Assembly (NCBI GenBank): GCA_049724395.1
Contig: JAUGWO010000003.1
Coordinates: 62,001 to 107,659, forward strand
From: Spongospora subterranea f. sp. subterranea
Taxonomy: Eukaryota
Direction: 5' to 3'
Length of the DNA: 45,659 nucleotides
Shown here: piece by piece, positions 44,103 through 45,659 of the stretch
Layout: every line of letters starts with the position of its first letter
Position numbering within the stretch: position 1 is the first letter of the stretch
Notes under the pieces: model-generated
The model's input: the letters and a program-made list of their open reading frames with translations, nothing else
The model's database searches: none
Told to the model about the DNA's origin: nothing
Made by a program: the position numbers and the translations under genes

Positions 44103-45659
44103 TAGGGCAGACCCCGGTCAGCTGGTATGGAAAAAAGTAAAGTGCGCGTAGTGCGCGTATTACGCGTTACAAAAACCGGAATACGTCGTACTAGGGAATC
44201 CGAGAATTTGCCCACCGAGAAACTGCCAATTTTAATGCAGAGTAGACCAACAGAGGTAGAGAAATATCGAGACATAAAATTTGAAAAAAATTGTCGCAAA
44301 AAATATTCCTGCGCGGACTGCGATCATGGACAGTTCATCCCGGACAGAGGGAGTATTACTGTAGGAAATCACGGCCGATAATAGGCAAACACTTGGGGTT
44401 TGGACGATCTTCTTGAACTATTGATGAAGCGTCCTTCGATCGCTATTGCAAATGAACTTTCTTACCCACAAATTTCCTTTTCCATAAAAAATTCCTTGCC
44501 CACAAATTTCTTTGTCCATCAAAACTTCCTTGCCCACTAAGTTGATTTCATTAAAAACATTCATCAAAGATTGTCAATCGATTAGCCGAGTCAATTGGCT
44601 GACAAACTTCTGATAAATTAACGACTGTTAATTTCGGATATACACTGGTCATAAGAACATGATTAATTTTATGAAGTTGATTGCTGGGGTTCGGATTGAA
44701 ACAAAACCATCTGAAAGCGTAGATTCGGTGCCATGAAATCTGATTGAATGATGCAGCGACAACACTGACGTGTTATGAACTCGCTATAATCGTCTGTTGT
44801 TCGATATACTGAGCAATGCCACATGGAATATTTTATTGCCGATTGTGGGTAGCATTGCAATATCTGGTGCAAGCATGTGAGAACATCTTTGGACGCTTGA
44901 ACGACACAATTAGTAATTTGTTCAATCGTGATCGGGTCAGATGAATGTCCCGACGTAAACTTGATAGCGCCCCATTCATCGTCTTGATTCATAGACTCCG
45001 AAAGTGCCGCACTTGGATTAAAACGGAATGAAAGATACCAGAAAGTTCGCAAGTATTCCTTTTCCATGCCAATATTTAAATGTAAATACATATGGGTTCG
45101 ACTGGACGCTGAAACTGATTTTCAATATCAAAGAATTCGCCACTGTTATTTCAGCATATATGTCGCAGTGTTCTGAAAGAACAGCATTGAAAAACTTATA
45201 TTATCTATACCATGCGAACCGCCATGGCTGTTGTCGACGGAACATACATCAATGGTTTGTTCATGTATCCAGAGTGCAATTGGGTTACCTGAAAAAGATG
45301 TGCGAATGACACTCTCAACGACGAATCCGGTCTCCGCACAATGACGAACAACAATAGTTATGAATGACAGGTTCCCGGAGTCCAACAGGGCCATTGTATC
45401 CTCGGTTCAAACAAAACAAGTTTGTGCCCTTAACTTGTTCAGGCAGTTGTATTGAGTGAATATGCATGAGCAGCATACGAACCACATCTCCGAAGCTTTC
45501 GCTTTTTTCCTAACAGGCGCATCCCTAGAAGCAGCCCAGTTGTCAAAGATACAGCATTCGTAGAACTATCCAAACGCTTTCTTCGCATTATTAACTATTG
45601 TAAATCCCATTTGTCGGTCGAGCGGGATGTCAACCGATCTGATCGACGAAGTTGTGGTT
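44103..45659 (-). mobile_element. Probable degenerate DNA transposon remnant running off the window end
   Basis: AT-rich terminal-like region with TAGGG starts (44103, 44192) and three degenerate ~34-bp repeats (CTT(A/G)CCCAC, 44461-44537). Fragmented minus-strand frames include GLLLGMRLL…DVVRMLL…GTNLFCLNRGY, like an IS4/piggyBac D-RGY region. Confidence 0.35.

Noticed and set aside
1..45659. tRNA, rRNA or telomeric repeat tracts
   Set aside because: None recognised by eye. A covariance-model scan would be needed to exclude small ncRNAs.

Overview
Eukaryotic DNA: intron-rich genes with mostly 45-80 nt GT-AG introns, from a compact protist- or fungus-like genome. A flagellated protist such as a plasmodiophorid is only a guess from style. 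The window has two compartments. The left ~25 kb is repeat-rich and decayed. It holds a 2333-bp IS630-Tc1-mariner element (27-bp TIRs, TA duplication, intron-containing transposase with a very long DD~147E spacing) inserted into a reconstructable host ORF. It also holds LINE, MULE-like, hAT and RecQ-like helicase remnants, three homogeneous minisatellite arrays (40, 67 and 37 bp units), and a few genes (NAT9-like GNAT, a Zn2Cys6 protein, hypotheticals). The right ~20 kb is gene-dense: DNAJC11-like, proteasome alpha-4, two unknown multi-exon genes, an apparently catalytically dead TTL-fold protein, an RS2Z-like SR protein and MTHFS, ending in another transposon remnant. The main unexplained pattern is at least seven intergenic fold-back inverted duplications. 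Three are built from mobile-element-type coding fragments (hAT transposase, Copia RNase H, RecQ-like helicase) and one has a 59/60-bp stem, so they are candidate endogenous hairpin-RNA silencing loci. The 40-bp and 37-bp array units also share a hairpin core and motif layout resembling hAT termini. All family assignments come from recognising motifs by eye, without database searches.
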